Below, piece by piece: positions 24,535 through 36,995 of a stretch of DNA of 64,000 nt (position 1 is the first letter of the stretch; every line of letters begins with the position of its first letter). Under the pieces are notes generated by a model. The model ran no database searches, was not told where the DNA came from, and saw nothing but the letters and a program-made list of their open reading frames with translations. The translations under genes and the position numbers were made by a program. The DNA is from Callorhinchus milii (taxonomy: Eukaryota), in NCBI RefSeq assembly GCF_018977255.1, contig NW_024704766.1, positions 3,100,001 to 3,164,000 on the forward strand. The letters run 5' to 3'.

Positions 24535-24817
24535 CTAAAGAGTGAAGGCTACAAAACACACAGTCACTCCACCCGACAAGCATATCTTTTGAAGCGCTTT
24601 AAGAGGTTTTCCCAGCATGAAAGGCACTGGGTCAAAGGTTAGGAATTTTCAGAACATGTGTTGGAATCATAGAAATTTGCAGAGCGGAAGGAAGCCATTC
24701 AAGTCATTCGAGTCTGCAATCTTTCAATCACAAGGCCCTGTCCTGTCCCCCGATCCTCGCAAACCTCTAGCTTTTGGGGGTATTGGGATAGGGCAGGGCA
24801 GTGAGATTGAAAGCGGG

Positions 24818-25232
24818 ACACTGGCTCAGTGATAGCACTCTCGCTTCTGAGACAGAAGGTTGTGGGTTCAAACCCCACGTCAGTCTTTGAACTCGTATAG
24901 TCTAATGTAATTCTCAAGGGCAGTGCTGGGCAGGTTGCATTGTCGGAGGTGAGATGAGATATTAAGCCCGAGGTCCCGTCTGTCTGTTCGGGTGGACGTT
25001 AAAGATCCCGTGGCACTATTCAAAAAGAGTACGGAGTTTCCCCCAGCGTCCTGGCCAACAATCCCCCAAACAAAGCATGGCATTCAATTCACGACTGTTT
25101 GTGGATCTTTGCTGTGTGCAAATTGAAATTCACCTGGAAATACACAAGTCACGGTAAAAAAAAAAATCCTGTGAAATCTTTTGGGACGTGCTCACAACGT
25201 GAAAGGCACCGTACGTTAAGAATTATGATTAT
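24818..25232 (+). mobile_element. Full-length type B tRNA-headed Deu-SINE
   Basis: ctggctcagtgatagcactctcgcttctgagacagaaggttgtgggttcaaacccc (A/B boxes), complete Deu body (aggtcccgtctgtctgttcgggtggacgttaaagatcccgtggcactattc), and tail. Confidence 0.9.
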
Positions 25233-25869
25233 TAACTTCCATATATCTGACTGTAGACTAGTTCCACACGTAGACAGGAACTTTTGCCAAGTTCTTTGTT
25301 TTCCGTTATGTCTGAAATGTTAAGAAAATAAGAACCAGGCAGAATTCTGGCCCCAGGATATTGTAGTCATTGAAATGGACAGATTGCTGGGGCCGTCAGC
25401 ATTGCACAGTGTTGTGAATCTCAACCGATTCGGGAAAATGCCTTACAGATTAAAAGAGGCGAAGCAGACCGAGAGATTCATACAGAGGAAATGTTTTCCA
25501 AATTGTCAATGAATAGCACCGGTGGATTTTGTTGTTCTGCATTTTTATTTGTTATTTATGGCTCGAGATCTGTCACCCTGTTCTGGCTAATTCCACTTCA
25601 CTGACTTCCTTCACTGCCACCCCCAACCCACACACTCCCCCTCCCAGAAAAAGAAAACAATGCTGAAACATCATGGATCATTGCCGGGTGTTCATATGTA
25701 CAGTTAAACCTTTTTAATGGGGGGAAGGGGGGAAGGGGGAAGCTCGTGTTAAATCATCTGTCAAAAGCAGTGGGTGTGGTATCTGTAACAAATTAACTTG
25801 TTCACGTGCTTTGAATGTTGTAGCTGCAGTTCAGCTCTGCTTCAGACAGAAACCAGCCTTTGGAAAACC

Positions 25870-26580
25870 TCTCCAATGCTTGCACATTCTACTCTCCGAA
25901 GCTCTGGAACTCCCTCCCTCTCCTCCATCATCTCCCCCTCCCTCCTCCTATCTGTCTTAAGTCCTACCTCTTTGACCGTGTGTCTATGCTCACCTCCCCC
26001 TCTCTCCTGCTCTCCCACATGAAGTTCCGAGAACCGATCACCTCGAACGTTGAGACGTCTTGAAGACGCTATTTCAAATGCAAGGATTATTATTATTATT
26101 ATGATTATTATTATTGTTATTATATAATTGTAGGCTTCTCTGGCTCCCCATCCCCAAGAGGATCGAGTTCAAGACACTTGTCCTCACTTTTACAGCCCTC
26201 CACAGTCTTGCTTTTCACTACCTTCTAAAACTTTACCAACCTCTTCCCTCTGCTCGGCAGGCACTGACCTGTTCCATGTCCCTCCCCCTGTTTGCTCCAC
26301 TATCGCCGGTCGGGCCTTCAGCCTTTCTACTCTCACCCTCTGGAACTCCATCACAAAATCCCTTCCCCCTCCTCCCCACCGCCCTCGCCTCCTTCAAGGC
26401 CCACCTCAAGACCTTCTTCTTCGACTGTGCCTTCGGTCATCTTCTCACCTCTAACCCCCCCCACCCCCGCCCTCCACCCCTCTTGACTCCAGCCCCGAGC
26501 TTGGGTGCAAACGCTTCACTGTGCAGCACCTTAGGGTATCCTCCCAGCATGAAAGGACGCTGTATAAATGCAATTTAATG
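25870..26580 (+). mobile_element. Two L2 3' fragments separated by a SINE tail and (att)n
   Basis: ORF track gives PKLWNSLPL (25860) and LLWLPIPKRIEFKTLVLTFTALHSLA...LASFKAHLKTFFFDCAFG (26114), both L2 ORF2 C-terminal motifs. Confidence 0.88.
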
Positions 26581-27125
26581 ATGCTGTCGCTCAGCACCCA
26601 ACCTCGTCTCTGTAAAGCACTCTGAGACGTAAGCGATCCAGGACGCTAACCTCCGTGAAGGGTACTAGTCGTAGTTTTTCTAGGGAAACCATTCAGGGTA
26701 TGTCCTCTTATCTAAGCACAATAATTATAGAAAGAACAGGTAATCACTGCGCAATGGCTTAATCCTTCGTGTGAGCTCCACGCTCTGAGATTGGACTGTG
26801 ATGTACTGTGGTACGTGGAGTGTTGCTCACGTTGATAGAGGCAACACTGAGACTTGCCGCGACGGAATCAAATCACTTGTTTTTCCTTCATTGGCAGAAG
26901 TTTTTTTTTAATTACGATCTTGTCCGTATATAAGTGTTGATGGGCTGCCTTATCCCTTCCTGCACGTAAGAGAAATCAGTGATGGAATACTTTTGGATTG
27001 TGAAAGAAAATCAAACCTGGGACTCGGAATAACTAAAATCCTGTGATGTGTTGTGGGCACTAAAATGTGTTTTCCTGACAGTCGATTTATTACTGCCTGT
27101 CCCCAATTTCCTAAGGCAGCATTAC

Positions 27126-27227
27126 CTTGTGGCATTTGTTGAGTTGTTGGGTTCCTCAAAATGAGATTTTTTGGAATCCACAAAATTGTCATGAAATTGC
27201 ATTTTGTTTTCAAAGTTGCACCACTTG
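27126..27227 (-). other. Candidate spliced exon (102 nt, frame-preserving)
   Basis: Acceptor ctcatttttgcag| and donor AAG|gtaatg; one open frame reads KWCNFENKMQFHDNFVDSKKSHFEEPNNSTNAT; no homolog recognised. Confidence 0.3.
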
Positions 27228-27515
27228 CTGCAAAAATGAGCGTGAGGACAGCCCACGTGCAATACAAACCTTTGCATTTTCCTAAAGCTTCTGAAAGCCG
27301 GAGCACTTAGACTGGTTCAGGGCAGTGGCAATGAATATTGATGACCCATAAATGCTGGCTAGTTATGCCTTGGGACAGAATTGATGGCGTGAGTCGTGAT
27401 ACACACACACACACACAGTGAGTTGTACAGCGAGATATACATCAGTTTGCACTGACTGGAAAAAATACCGTCTTGCCTCTGAGTAAGAAGCTGATGAGTT
27501 CGAGCCCGATATTGC

Positions 27516-27618
27516 AGTCCTGTAGCTCAGTGGTTAGAGCACTCGCCTCGCAAGCGAGAGGACCTGGGTTCGATTTCTGGCCAGGGTAAAATGTTTGGCA
27601 AGTTTATTTGCTCCACAC
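27516..27618 (+). mobile_element. Type A SINE tRNA-like head
   Basis: gtcctgtagctcagtggttagagcactcgcctcgcaagcgagaggacctgggttcgatt followed by ttggcaagttt. Preceded by a decayed type B head. Confidence 0.85.
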
Positions 27619-29264
27619 AGATAAAATGTTCCTTGCATTTGGTACAATGTCTTTCACCTCTGAAGGATGTATTGCCAACGGTGAGAGAAGGAGAAAAGTA
27701 ATTGGACACACTAGATTTCATAAACAGACAAGATTATTAATTTCTTTCCTAATTAAATCACCATCTGTAGAGTGGTTGACTTGTGGGTTAACCTTCTGTC
27801 TGTAAAACAAAGGATGGCTGAGTCACAAAATGCAGATATATATATATAGATTCGGACAGTGAATGAGAAAACAATGGTTATCTGATGTACAAAGTCAAGT
27901 CTGGGCAGAAAGATGACCTGCAATCATCCTTCTACACAATTCCACTCTGTTTAATTTCCTAATTCTCTTCTGGTCAAGGCTTCATAATCACATCCGACTT
28001 AATCTGTGGGAAAAATAGCATCTGAGTTGCCTCAGAAGATAAGAGAGTCGGACTTTTTAGAAAAGCTCACATCCATTTGCCAGTTTCTCCTGATGTCCTG
28101 GCCAACAATGTTTGCTGTGAACAAATTGGCTGTTGTGTTCGCCGACGAAATGCACAATCTTTACACTTTTGAGGGACAACTGAAGGACTGCACGTCCGAC
28201 AATGAAGCACTGTATTGGAGTGTCAGCACAGAGGGCTCAAGGCTCCACCCACCCTTCTGACTTCGAGGCGAGAGTGCTGCCAAATGAGCCAGGCTGAAAC
28301 ATCTAAATACAATTTACATTTTTATGTAATGCCGTAAGAAAGTCGTGATTTCTTTTGTCCGACTGTGGTTGTGACCACAGTTTGTTAAAGTTGCGGTGCA
28401 GTTTCGGGGCGACCAATTCAAGTTTAAGTACGTACAGTGATTAAATACTCCCGTTGGACCATCCACCTGTCTGTGAACCCAACATTGAACCATACCGCTG
28501 GCTCATTAAAAGTTGAGGGGTGTGTTAAGCATTGTGATATCTGCCACAAAATCGCGGCCTGCAATTTTCTCACGGCCTTATTTATATGGAGGCCAATTTG
28601 TGCACAGCAACAGCCCCCTGAAAGGTCATGAAATGAATGACCAATTTTTACCTGGGGGATTGTCAGCCAAGCCACAGGAGGAGATTCCCTACTCGATTCT
28701 GTTCAGCGATGCTTGATGCTACTCTTATCACCGTCGCACATTAGGTCCTCCTCTCCCTTCACAATGAACAACTCCTCACGCTGTGCTCATTATTCGCGAA
28801 CTCAGTGACTGTGTCTGCGCACTGTCTGCCGTCCTCATTGCTTGTTTCTAGGTGGTCTGCGATCTTGGTTTCGAGTGGGTGGGTTGAGCTTCGACCTTCC
28901 CTGTCTTGTCCTGCAGATCAGAACGCTGCGATGCACAATGTGACAAGAGCCTACCAAACAATGTAATGCTTTCCTCGGTGACTCAGTCATCATCAGCACA
29001 AGACAGCGGGCACATAGCTCCTCATTCTGAGTCCTTCTGAGCACTCAAGCACTGCAAAAGCACTTACAAAGAGAGAGCAGTTGCTCGCGTGGTCTTGGTC
29101 TGGTCAACAATTCGCCCAAATAACATTGGTTGTTCACTTTATAGCTATTTCTGGGCCACTGCTGTATGCTAAATTGGTTCATACATTCACCTACAAGATT
29201 CCCAGTCGCTGCACTTTACAGTAAGATCCTTTGAGATGTCTCCCGATAGGAAAGGTGCTGTGAC

Positions 29265-29990
29265 CAAATTCCACCGTATCCCTTAATAACTTCACTCCCC
29301 AAATATTTATCCATGTCCCTTAAATCCCTCAACCAATTTCTCATCTGTGGCTGTCCGGGTTGTGTGATTCAAGTTCTTATCAGTCCATGTGAGAAGCTTT
29401 TTCTTTCTCATCTTGGTTAAAATCCCTTTTTTTTGGGTACTATATTTTTAAGCTCATGGCCTCCCATTCAGGGAGCGAAAAACTCACTCTCTAATTATTT
29501 TATTTCACCCTTTCACCGCGCGAAACACAGGACATCGGGAGAGAGAAACTCCTTTCTATTTTCGATTAATGCCATTGGGATCTTCATTGTTCACCTGAAA
29601 GGGCAGACGGGCACTTGGTTTAATATGTCATCCAAAGGACAACACCTCCAACTGTGCAGTACAACTCCAGCACTGCAATGGCGTCTCAGCCTAGACTATA
29701 TGAGCTCCAAGTCCCGATCAAATCAGCTCTCACCTTCCTCATCTGCAGGGAATACATCCCCAGCCTTAACCAGCCTCTCATTACAGTTTAGCCTCCTCGT
29801 CCCTGGTATCATTCTTATAATGAGGCGTCCAAAATTAAAAACAGTGCTCCAAACTGGATCTCCCCAGAAACGTGAACAAGCTCAGCAGTGCCTCACTTCT
29901 TTTCAAAACCTATGCCTCCAGCAATGAACATAGCATTCCATTTGCCCTTGCCAACGGCTCTGAGCACTGGCTTTTAGTCATTTGTGTTTG
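29265..29990 (-). mobile_element. Degenerate CR1 fragment interrupted by a type B SINE (29520-29710)
   Basis: agcctcctcgtccctggtatcattctt...tccaaaattaaaacagtgctccaaactggatct resembles the reverse complement of CR1 RT C-terminal coding sequence (P.LEHC..FW). The Deu-SINE insert is visible in between. Confidence 0.65.
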
Positions 29991-30959
29991 GCGAAGTGGG
30001 CCACTAAATCATCGCTGGAAGTAATCTAAACATTACAATATAACAACGATAAGAATAATTTGGTACGATCTTGTGAAGTCCCAATGTGAGGCTTGAACCC
30101 ACAACTTTCCAATTCGGAGACATGCGTGCGCCTAACTGAGCCAGGTTGACCTGTTGTTATTCAATCCCATCGGGAAATACTACTTGTTCCTCCATATTGT
30201 ATTGGCAATGAATATCTATGACCAGTCAATTAATTAATACACTGGCCAGTCGTATTTTCCAACATTGTCGATATTTAACAAATCACAGGTCTGAATATCA
30301 CCCCCCACCCCCCCCTCCCCGCGTCTCTTAAGTTAATAACTTCTGTGTAAACCTTACCGACTCTGTTGCTCAGTGGGTGAATCGGTAGGAGAGAAATATT
30401 CATCCAGCACGATGTACATAGTTTATCTTAAACCTGTGGCTATTTTCCTATTCGAGCACTAAACGTTCCTGCCGTGGTTGATTGATTGGCTGTCGTGTTT
30501 GTACCAGACAATCAATACTGAACTTTGAGACAACAGTAATATTGATATTGTATTGATTTGAACAGTGGGGGTGGGGGTGGGCGCTGCTTACGGCAGCAAC
30601 AGTGTTGATGTACACAGACAGTAAAACAGGGGAGGCTGTGGGCTCGACTCCTTATTCTCGTCGAAGCCAATCATGAAATTCCAGTGTTGCGAAGCACTGA
30701 GGCAAAAGCCTGTTGCCCAAATGATGTTAATTCAGGGTCAGCTGAGTTACAGAGAAAATGAACATGTTCTAGCTGTTGTGAGCTATGGAAATCCCCGTAC
30801 AGAGATATGAATAAATAATATTCTGTTTAAGATTCAAGCTCCGCCAATGGCTCAGTACGCTTTACTGCTCATTTACCTCACCTCTAATTAATTTCCTTTT
30901 GAAGCGCTGCGAGATGTATTTTGTTTGTCAATGGCATTGTAATTATACATATCGACATC

Positions 30960-31415
30960 ACAGTCAAGTCCGACACTTGATATCAGTGCTGGGGTGCTCT
31001 GTATTGTCGGAGGTGGCATCCTTCGTAGGAGGTATTAAACCGAGGTACCGTTAAAGATCCTGTTGTACTATTTGCGAAAGGAATAAGGGAATTTCTCCCG
31101 GTATACCAGAAAGTGACTACCACCCCTAGAACCAGTGGAAGAAAAGAGCAGTAAAATGATTTCAAAGGACAAAGAGAGTAAAGCAAAAACAACCCTTGGT
31201 CTGTGGCAGGTTGGAGGAGCCTTCCTTTGGATGAGACGTTAAAACCGAGTTTCCATCAGCCTGTTCAGATGGATGTGAAAGTTCAGCTACAAAGAGACTT
31301 CTTTACCTCCCCCCCAGGAGGATAGTCCTGTGAAGCGTAAAGGAGGATTGGCCTGTAAAACCTGTGAAGTGCTTTGAGATGTCCCAAAAATGTGATAGGT
31401 TTGGTGTTATTATTA
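30960..31415 (+). mobile_element. Two degenerate type B Deu-SINE fragments
   Basis: tattgtcggaggtggcatccttcgtaggaggtattaaaccgagg..aaagatcctg and ggatgagacgttaaaaccgag, plus a tail. Confidence 0.7.
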
Positions 31416-34282
31416 CTAGCCACCGAGTGACACCACATAATTTTGTAAAAAAGGGAAATTTCACCTGGTCATGGGATCCAAACATCTTTACTGCAGTATC
31501 TAACAATAAGGTCACAATAACAAGAAATAGGATTTGTGAAGTTTGTTGTTCAGTTTTTGTGTCAAAAAAAAGGGATTCAGGCTGGTCTGGAAGCCTTGTT
31601 TCTTCCGAAAGCTGCGCGTTCGAAGGAAGAGTAACATTCCCACTTAGATTTCCAAGATGTAGAAACTCTCTGCTGTTGTTCATGTAGCAAAACAAATTTT
31701 GTTTGTTTACAAATGTTCTTATCATTGCTAGAAATGGTTCCTTGCTAAACCTTTTTCCGTGGCTATAGGTTCATTACGTACTCTCCTCAAGGCCACAGCG
31801 GTGGAACATTGTGTGATGTGAATTTCTCTGAACAGAAAGATTTCTATGGCGAGGAAGATGTGATAAGCGCTAGCTCATCTTCAGCCATAAATCACTCTGA
31901 CTAAAGCAGTGAAATTTATGGATGAAAGCAGAATTAGCTGAAAAGACTGTTCAAGTTAAAGGGAGAGACATGTTCTCCTTCATATCTGCAGCCCAATCCC
32001 CTACATCGGCCTCTTCCACCGCAGTTTATTGCAAGCCCGAGCCAACACACAACAGATGTAAATCAGTGTTGGTTTTAAAGCAGTTTAACATGATGGAGTT
32101 TGCAGAGTAAACTACTGCTGCTCTGTAACTCACCTGCCAATGGAAAACAATTAAGGTTATGATGATGGTAGTGTGGAATGGTTGTACACTGAAAAACGGC
32201 TGTGGAATTTCGCTAAGGATTTTGTGTTATTTTTGCTCCCCAAGTTCCATCATATGGACTCTGAGAATGTTTGGCTGCAATTTCTCCCCTGTACCCTTCC
32301 TTTATTAATTCACAGCCATTGATGTACCTTTGCTCCACAGATTATCAACCTGATATTCGAGGGATCAAATTTAACTTGAATATTAGTACGTGAGGATCTT
32401 AAAGATACACAGTAGAGTTTTGGAAACCATAGAAGCTTTGCAAGTACAATTTCCATTTGGTTCTCTTCCTCTCCCCAGATAGTCAGATTTTGAAGAAACC
32501 CAATTTAGTCAAACTGGGTTGTAATTCCTTATTTTCTCTCTCGATCACCAAGAGGTCTCCAAAAAACAAAGGCACAGACGTATTCACTGAATGTAATCTG
32601 CTTTTTAATTAAAATTGCATTACAATGACATTCATCTCTGCTCAGTACAATTTATTTTGCAGTTGTATCTCGGTATAACGAGTCCCTTAAATCTGCCTGC
32701 GAGTGAGATTGGACAATCTTGTGAATGATGGCAACTAGGCTTCTGTTTGAAGCATTGTGCACGGATTTCCTCACTTGAATCCAAATCAAAGTAATCTAAT
32801 TCCACATCATTGAAAGCATCATTGCGTTATTCCATTGCCATCGATGTAAAGAACAAATGTGGCTATGTTATGGACATGTCCAGATATACTTTATGTTAGA
32901 ATCACGCAATTCAACCTAGTTTGCAGGACTCCAGGGCACTGCACAGCCAGCCTGGCTCATTGGCAGAACTTGGAAGTACAGACCTGCAACAATAACAACT
33001 TGAATTTATATAGCACCTTTCATGCCGGGTAGGGTCCCGGAGTGCTTAACAGTGGCGGATTCTGATCCCGAGCAAGGAATCTTCCCACTCACCCTGCAAG
33101 CCAAAGCCCTAACAAATAAGGTGGTGCGAGCTGGGCAAGCAACGGGAAAGCTTGCCAGACCGCCATACCCCACCACACACTCACAGGCCCCGCAAACCTT
33201 GGCTCTGACAGTCCGTACCTAATACTCTCCGAATGAGGTAAACAGGATGTGTCCTTCCAGGAGAGAGTGCGCATTCCATTACGATAATATTCTCAGTTTG
33301 GTTTGGATAAGCTTAAGCATGATTATGGGTTTTCCACACGTGTCAGACACCTGACTAACCAGGAAAGCAGCTATGCTTGCGTCCAACCATTTATAATATC
33401 CCTACTACTTTGGAAGGATAAATTGCAATTTCATAATAATCTTTTGGACAAACAATAAATTACACAGCAGAATAACTTGCCTTCCAAGAACATGCTAGTA
33501 ATTACAATTTATAGCTTGCCAGCCACAGTAAGAATCATTTATGTAATGTCATCGTAGAATTAATAATAACATAAATTATTATGTAGATTTTTTTTTCCAA
33601 ATGTTAGAATATTGCTTCCCGTGTAATGTTATCCACCTCCTATTGTGCAAATGTCTAAAATCCTATCAGTTTTTAGAATTGGATTTCACCATAAGCTGCA
33701 AATTCGAGAAAACGTCACGCATTACAAACAGGGACTTTAGAAGGTCCAATAAATACATAATCTTCTTCAAGGTGGGATACGTTTTCTCCTCCGACACTTA
33801 TGGAATTGTGATCTTATTGTTTTTAATTCTGATTGGGTTTAATACAAAATTGACAGTGTTAAATGGTTGTGTTACGAAACGCAGAAGCCATGCGGAATTC
33901 AAATTGCTATATTTCCATAAAACACAAGAAGTTAGCGAAAGTGGCACTCAGGAGTAATACTTTGAAATTGCAGGACAGCAAGAGAACGTTTTGGCGAAAT
34001 CAATGTCTCATTTTAGACTGATTGTTCAGAGAATAGGCTTGTGCTTTTATTGGGAATGTAACTGCAGTTTAAATGAGAGCAATTAAATTTTCCCCTTATA
34101 AGCAAAAAATTAGTACGTGGGTTCAATGGATTATTGTTTTGTTATTTTGCTGAACAGACTTGCACCAATATGTTAGCAGGTTTATACTTTCAGATGGTTT
34201 CACTTAAGCCTTCCACTAAATGGGAAAGCCGAGTTATTCAATATAATTAAAGTTACTTAAAACGTGGCGCACGTGCAGACAC

Positions 34283-34480
34283 CCATTGGAGGCTCGTTGT
34301 TCGATCAGGAAGGAGCAGTCTGGCTTCTGTTCTCGTGAAGAATGTGTGGGAAAGATTGTGGCTCCGTATGAGATCACAGAGCAGTGAGGAGAGACCCACC
34401 TACTTTGTGTTCATCAACTTTCACGAGGCTTTCGACCTCATGCCTCATGAGGCCTTCATGATGGAACTGGAAGCCATATC
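34283..34480 (+). pseudogene. Relic of a non-LTR retrotransposon reverse transcriptase (RTE/RTEX-like, not L2/CR1-like)
   Basis: PLEARCSIRKEQSGFCSREECVGKIVAPYEITEQ*, a frameshift, then RPTYFVFINFHEAFDLMPHEAFMMELEAI. These correspond to the EQxGFR and FxDFxKAFDxV motifs of LINE RTs. Confidence 0.75.
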
Positions 34481-34875
34481 TGTGTCTCACAGATCACCTC
34501 GCTGTTACCTTGAAATGTATTTCATCCATCCCAGGGACCTTTTTTTTTTTTTTCCCTTCTTTAGCCCCCTGAGTCAATCTAGGAATGGTGCTTTGCAAAT
34601 GTCAAAGTACTAGAGCTGACATAATATACGTAAGATATTGGATACCATATGGTTAGTGACCTCGCTGGTTAAAAACTTCCAAGTAGTCATTTGATATGTT
34701 TACTGACTTCTGTTCATCTCCCTTTGTCAACTCCCTTTGCCCCCCCAGGGTTTAAGCTTTCATCCTGGTGACCCTTATTGTGTAGAAATATTGGAAGAAT
34801 ATGTTGTGTTATGTTTTACATCTGCTGCGCTCTCCCTTCTCAGTAACACCCTCAAGTACTCCATCTAAACCCACC

Positions 34876-35251
34876 GAGTCCTGCACCACAATCAGCTCAT
34901 ATAAAATGGTTGGAGCATTCAGCTCACAAGCGAGAGAATCTGGGTTCGATTCCCTTCAGGGCGAAACGATGGGCAACTTTCCTTACTCCACAGGCCTCTG
35001 TTTACTTAGCATAAGTAGGAACCCGGCTGTTAGTCGATTAACGGATTGCTTTTCCGGGAATAATAATTCCTTACAAAAAGGGTCCCTTCAATCCACTACT
35101 GTTTGTGGGACGCCGCTGCGTGTAATTTGCTGCCTCGTTTCTCCCACAACATATACAGACAATTCACTTTACAGTATATCCTGTGAAGCACTTTGAGACG
35201 TTTCGAAGACGTGATAAGGGGCTATATCAAATGCAAGGATTATTATTATTT
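34876..35251 (+). mobile_element. Near full-length type A SINE
   Basis: cacaagcgagagaatctgggttcgattccc, CORE-like block, Deu 3' part, tail and (att)n. Confidence 0.9.
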
Positions 35252-36589
35252 AGTGACTCTGCACTTTCACCTGTTGAGGCAAAGGATGAGAGGGAAATCT
35301 AAAGGGCAAAGAGGATTCTAATGTAGAGCACTGCATTTAGCTATCAAAACAAACCGAGGACCTTTCAAGTCAAACATTTTAATGGGTTATTAGCTAATGA
35401 GTTAATGATACACACAGGAAGAGCATAACTCTGAGGCAGGGAGCACTGATCTTTAGTAATGGTGGGGTTTTTCTGCATGTTTGGCGGTGGCATTAACTGG
35501 ACTGGGATTGCGATTGACTGCCAAATGTGCAGCCTGCCAGTGAGGAGCAGGTTTCAGGTGCAGTGCAGTAGAAACATGCGAGGTGTAAATTGAACTGGGA
35601 TTCACTCTCCTGCTATGAATCAAGAGCATCCGTGCGTTCATTCAGCCTTTGCCCAAGAACAACGGCATTGAGCAGAGTCGATCACATTATCAGAGCTTCT
35701 TAATAATGTTTATAATATTAAAGCTTGGTGCAAGCAGGTAGATTTTTAAGAGCTGTAATGTGGCGAGGGGCTGCAACGATCAATCAAGTTCCTTACCGCA
35801 CAATGTTGCGTAAACACAGTGAAGAAAGCAATTGCGGCTGTCTGTGCTTTAAAGTAATAATAATATAATACTCGCATTTGATTAACACGGTACCTTTCGC
35901 ATCCTCAATATATCTCGAAGAGCTTCGCAGCATTCACTGTAAAGTGACTGTGTCATTTTGGAGGCGGATTAAGCAACTAATTTTCACACGCACAGTGTCC
36001 CTCAAACAGCTCAGAACGGCAATAACAGATGATAATAATAATAATAATCCTTGTATTTCGTATAGCGACAAATCTCAAAAGCCATAGGTTCAAAGCAACA
36101 CCTCGGAAAAGACACTGTTGTCTGACGTGATGGCATGGTGCGTTACAATGCCATCTCTGGCAGGTTGTAGGATCGATTCCCCACTTTACTTTACTTTACT
36201 TTATTGAGGTATTGATCCCAGTTATGTGGTTATGGGAATACTCCAAGCAGTGGATAGGAATATTCTCAAGAAAAATTTAAATAGTCTTCTCCTCCACCCT
36301 ACGCTCTGTGCTCGGGATCCTAATCCATTTCCGTCAAGCACGTTGCCAGAGCGGGATTAACCAACAAACCAGGTAAAACAAGTTTTAGGGCTAAGGAGCC
36401 CCAGATATGATTAACGCCTTTACCTCCCAGCTGCACCTTCTTCCCATCGGTATCTTCTACGAGGCAAAGAGTGTTGGCAAGAGGGGCACAGCTGGAGGTT
36501 TGACCAAGAGGTAAAACAAGTTAAGTGTGGAGAACAAGAGTCATGTCTAGAACCAATATAGATTATCTCAGTGCATTGAAAAGATATTT

Positions 36590-36995
36590 TGATGCAGACT
36601 GTGCTTGTATGGACACTGCTGTGCATAATTGGCTGCCACATTTTGCCCACAAAATATACAGTCAATTCAATATACAGTATGTTCTGTGAAGCGCTTTGAG
36701 GGGGCTCGAAGATGTAATAAGGCGCTATGTCAAATGCAAGTATTATTTTTATTATGATTAAAACAAGAGTTGCAAAGGGCAATTTCAGACAGATAACAGG
36801 AAGTTTTTCTGTACTGAAATTAATGACTTGAAATTAATGACATTAATGTATGTTTGAGGCAAGGAACACTGGACTCATTTAAAAAGGCAGCTTGATGATG
36901 TGATGGGAACAAAGTAGGGTGGTGTTCTGGAGAGATGAGATCAGAAGGCCCGAAGGATTTTCTTCATCCAAACTAATCGGGTGATCTTGTGAAAT
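36590..36995 (+). mobile_element. SINE tail followed by a CR1-type 3' end
   Basis: SINE tail at 36590-36755; then aacaggaagtttttctgtac...ggactcatttaaaaaggcagcttgat (SFKRQLD) and aactaatcgggtgatcttgtga, which is shared with 49880-49993. Confidence 0.75.

Noticed and set aside
26114-26578. 154-aa ORF as a host gene
   Set aside because: It is a frameshifted L2 ORF2 C-terminus running into the 3' UTR.
29433-29927. 164-aa ORF
   Set aside because: It runs antisense across SINE and CR1 fragments; a chance open frame.
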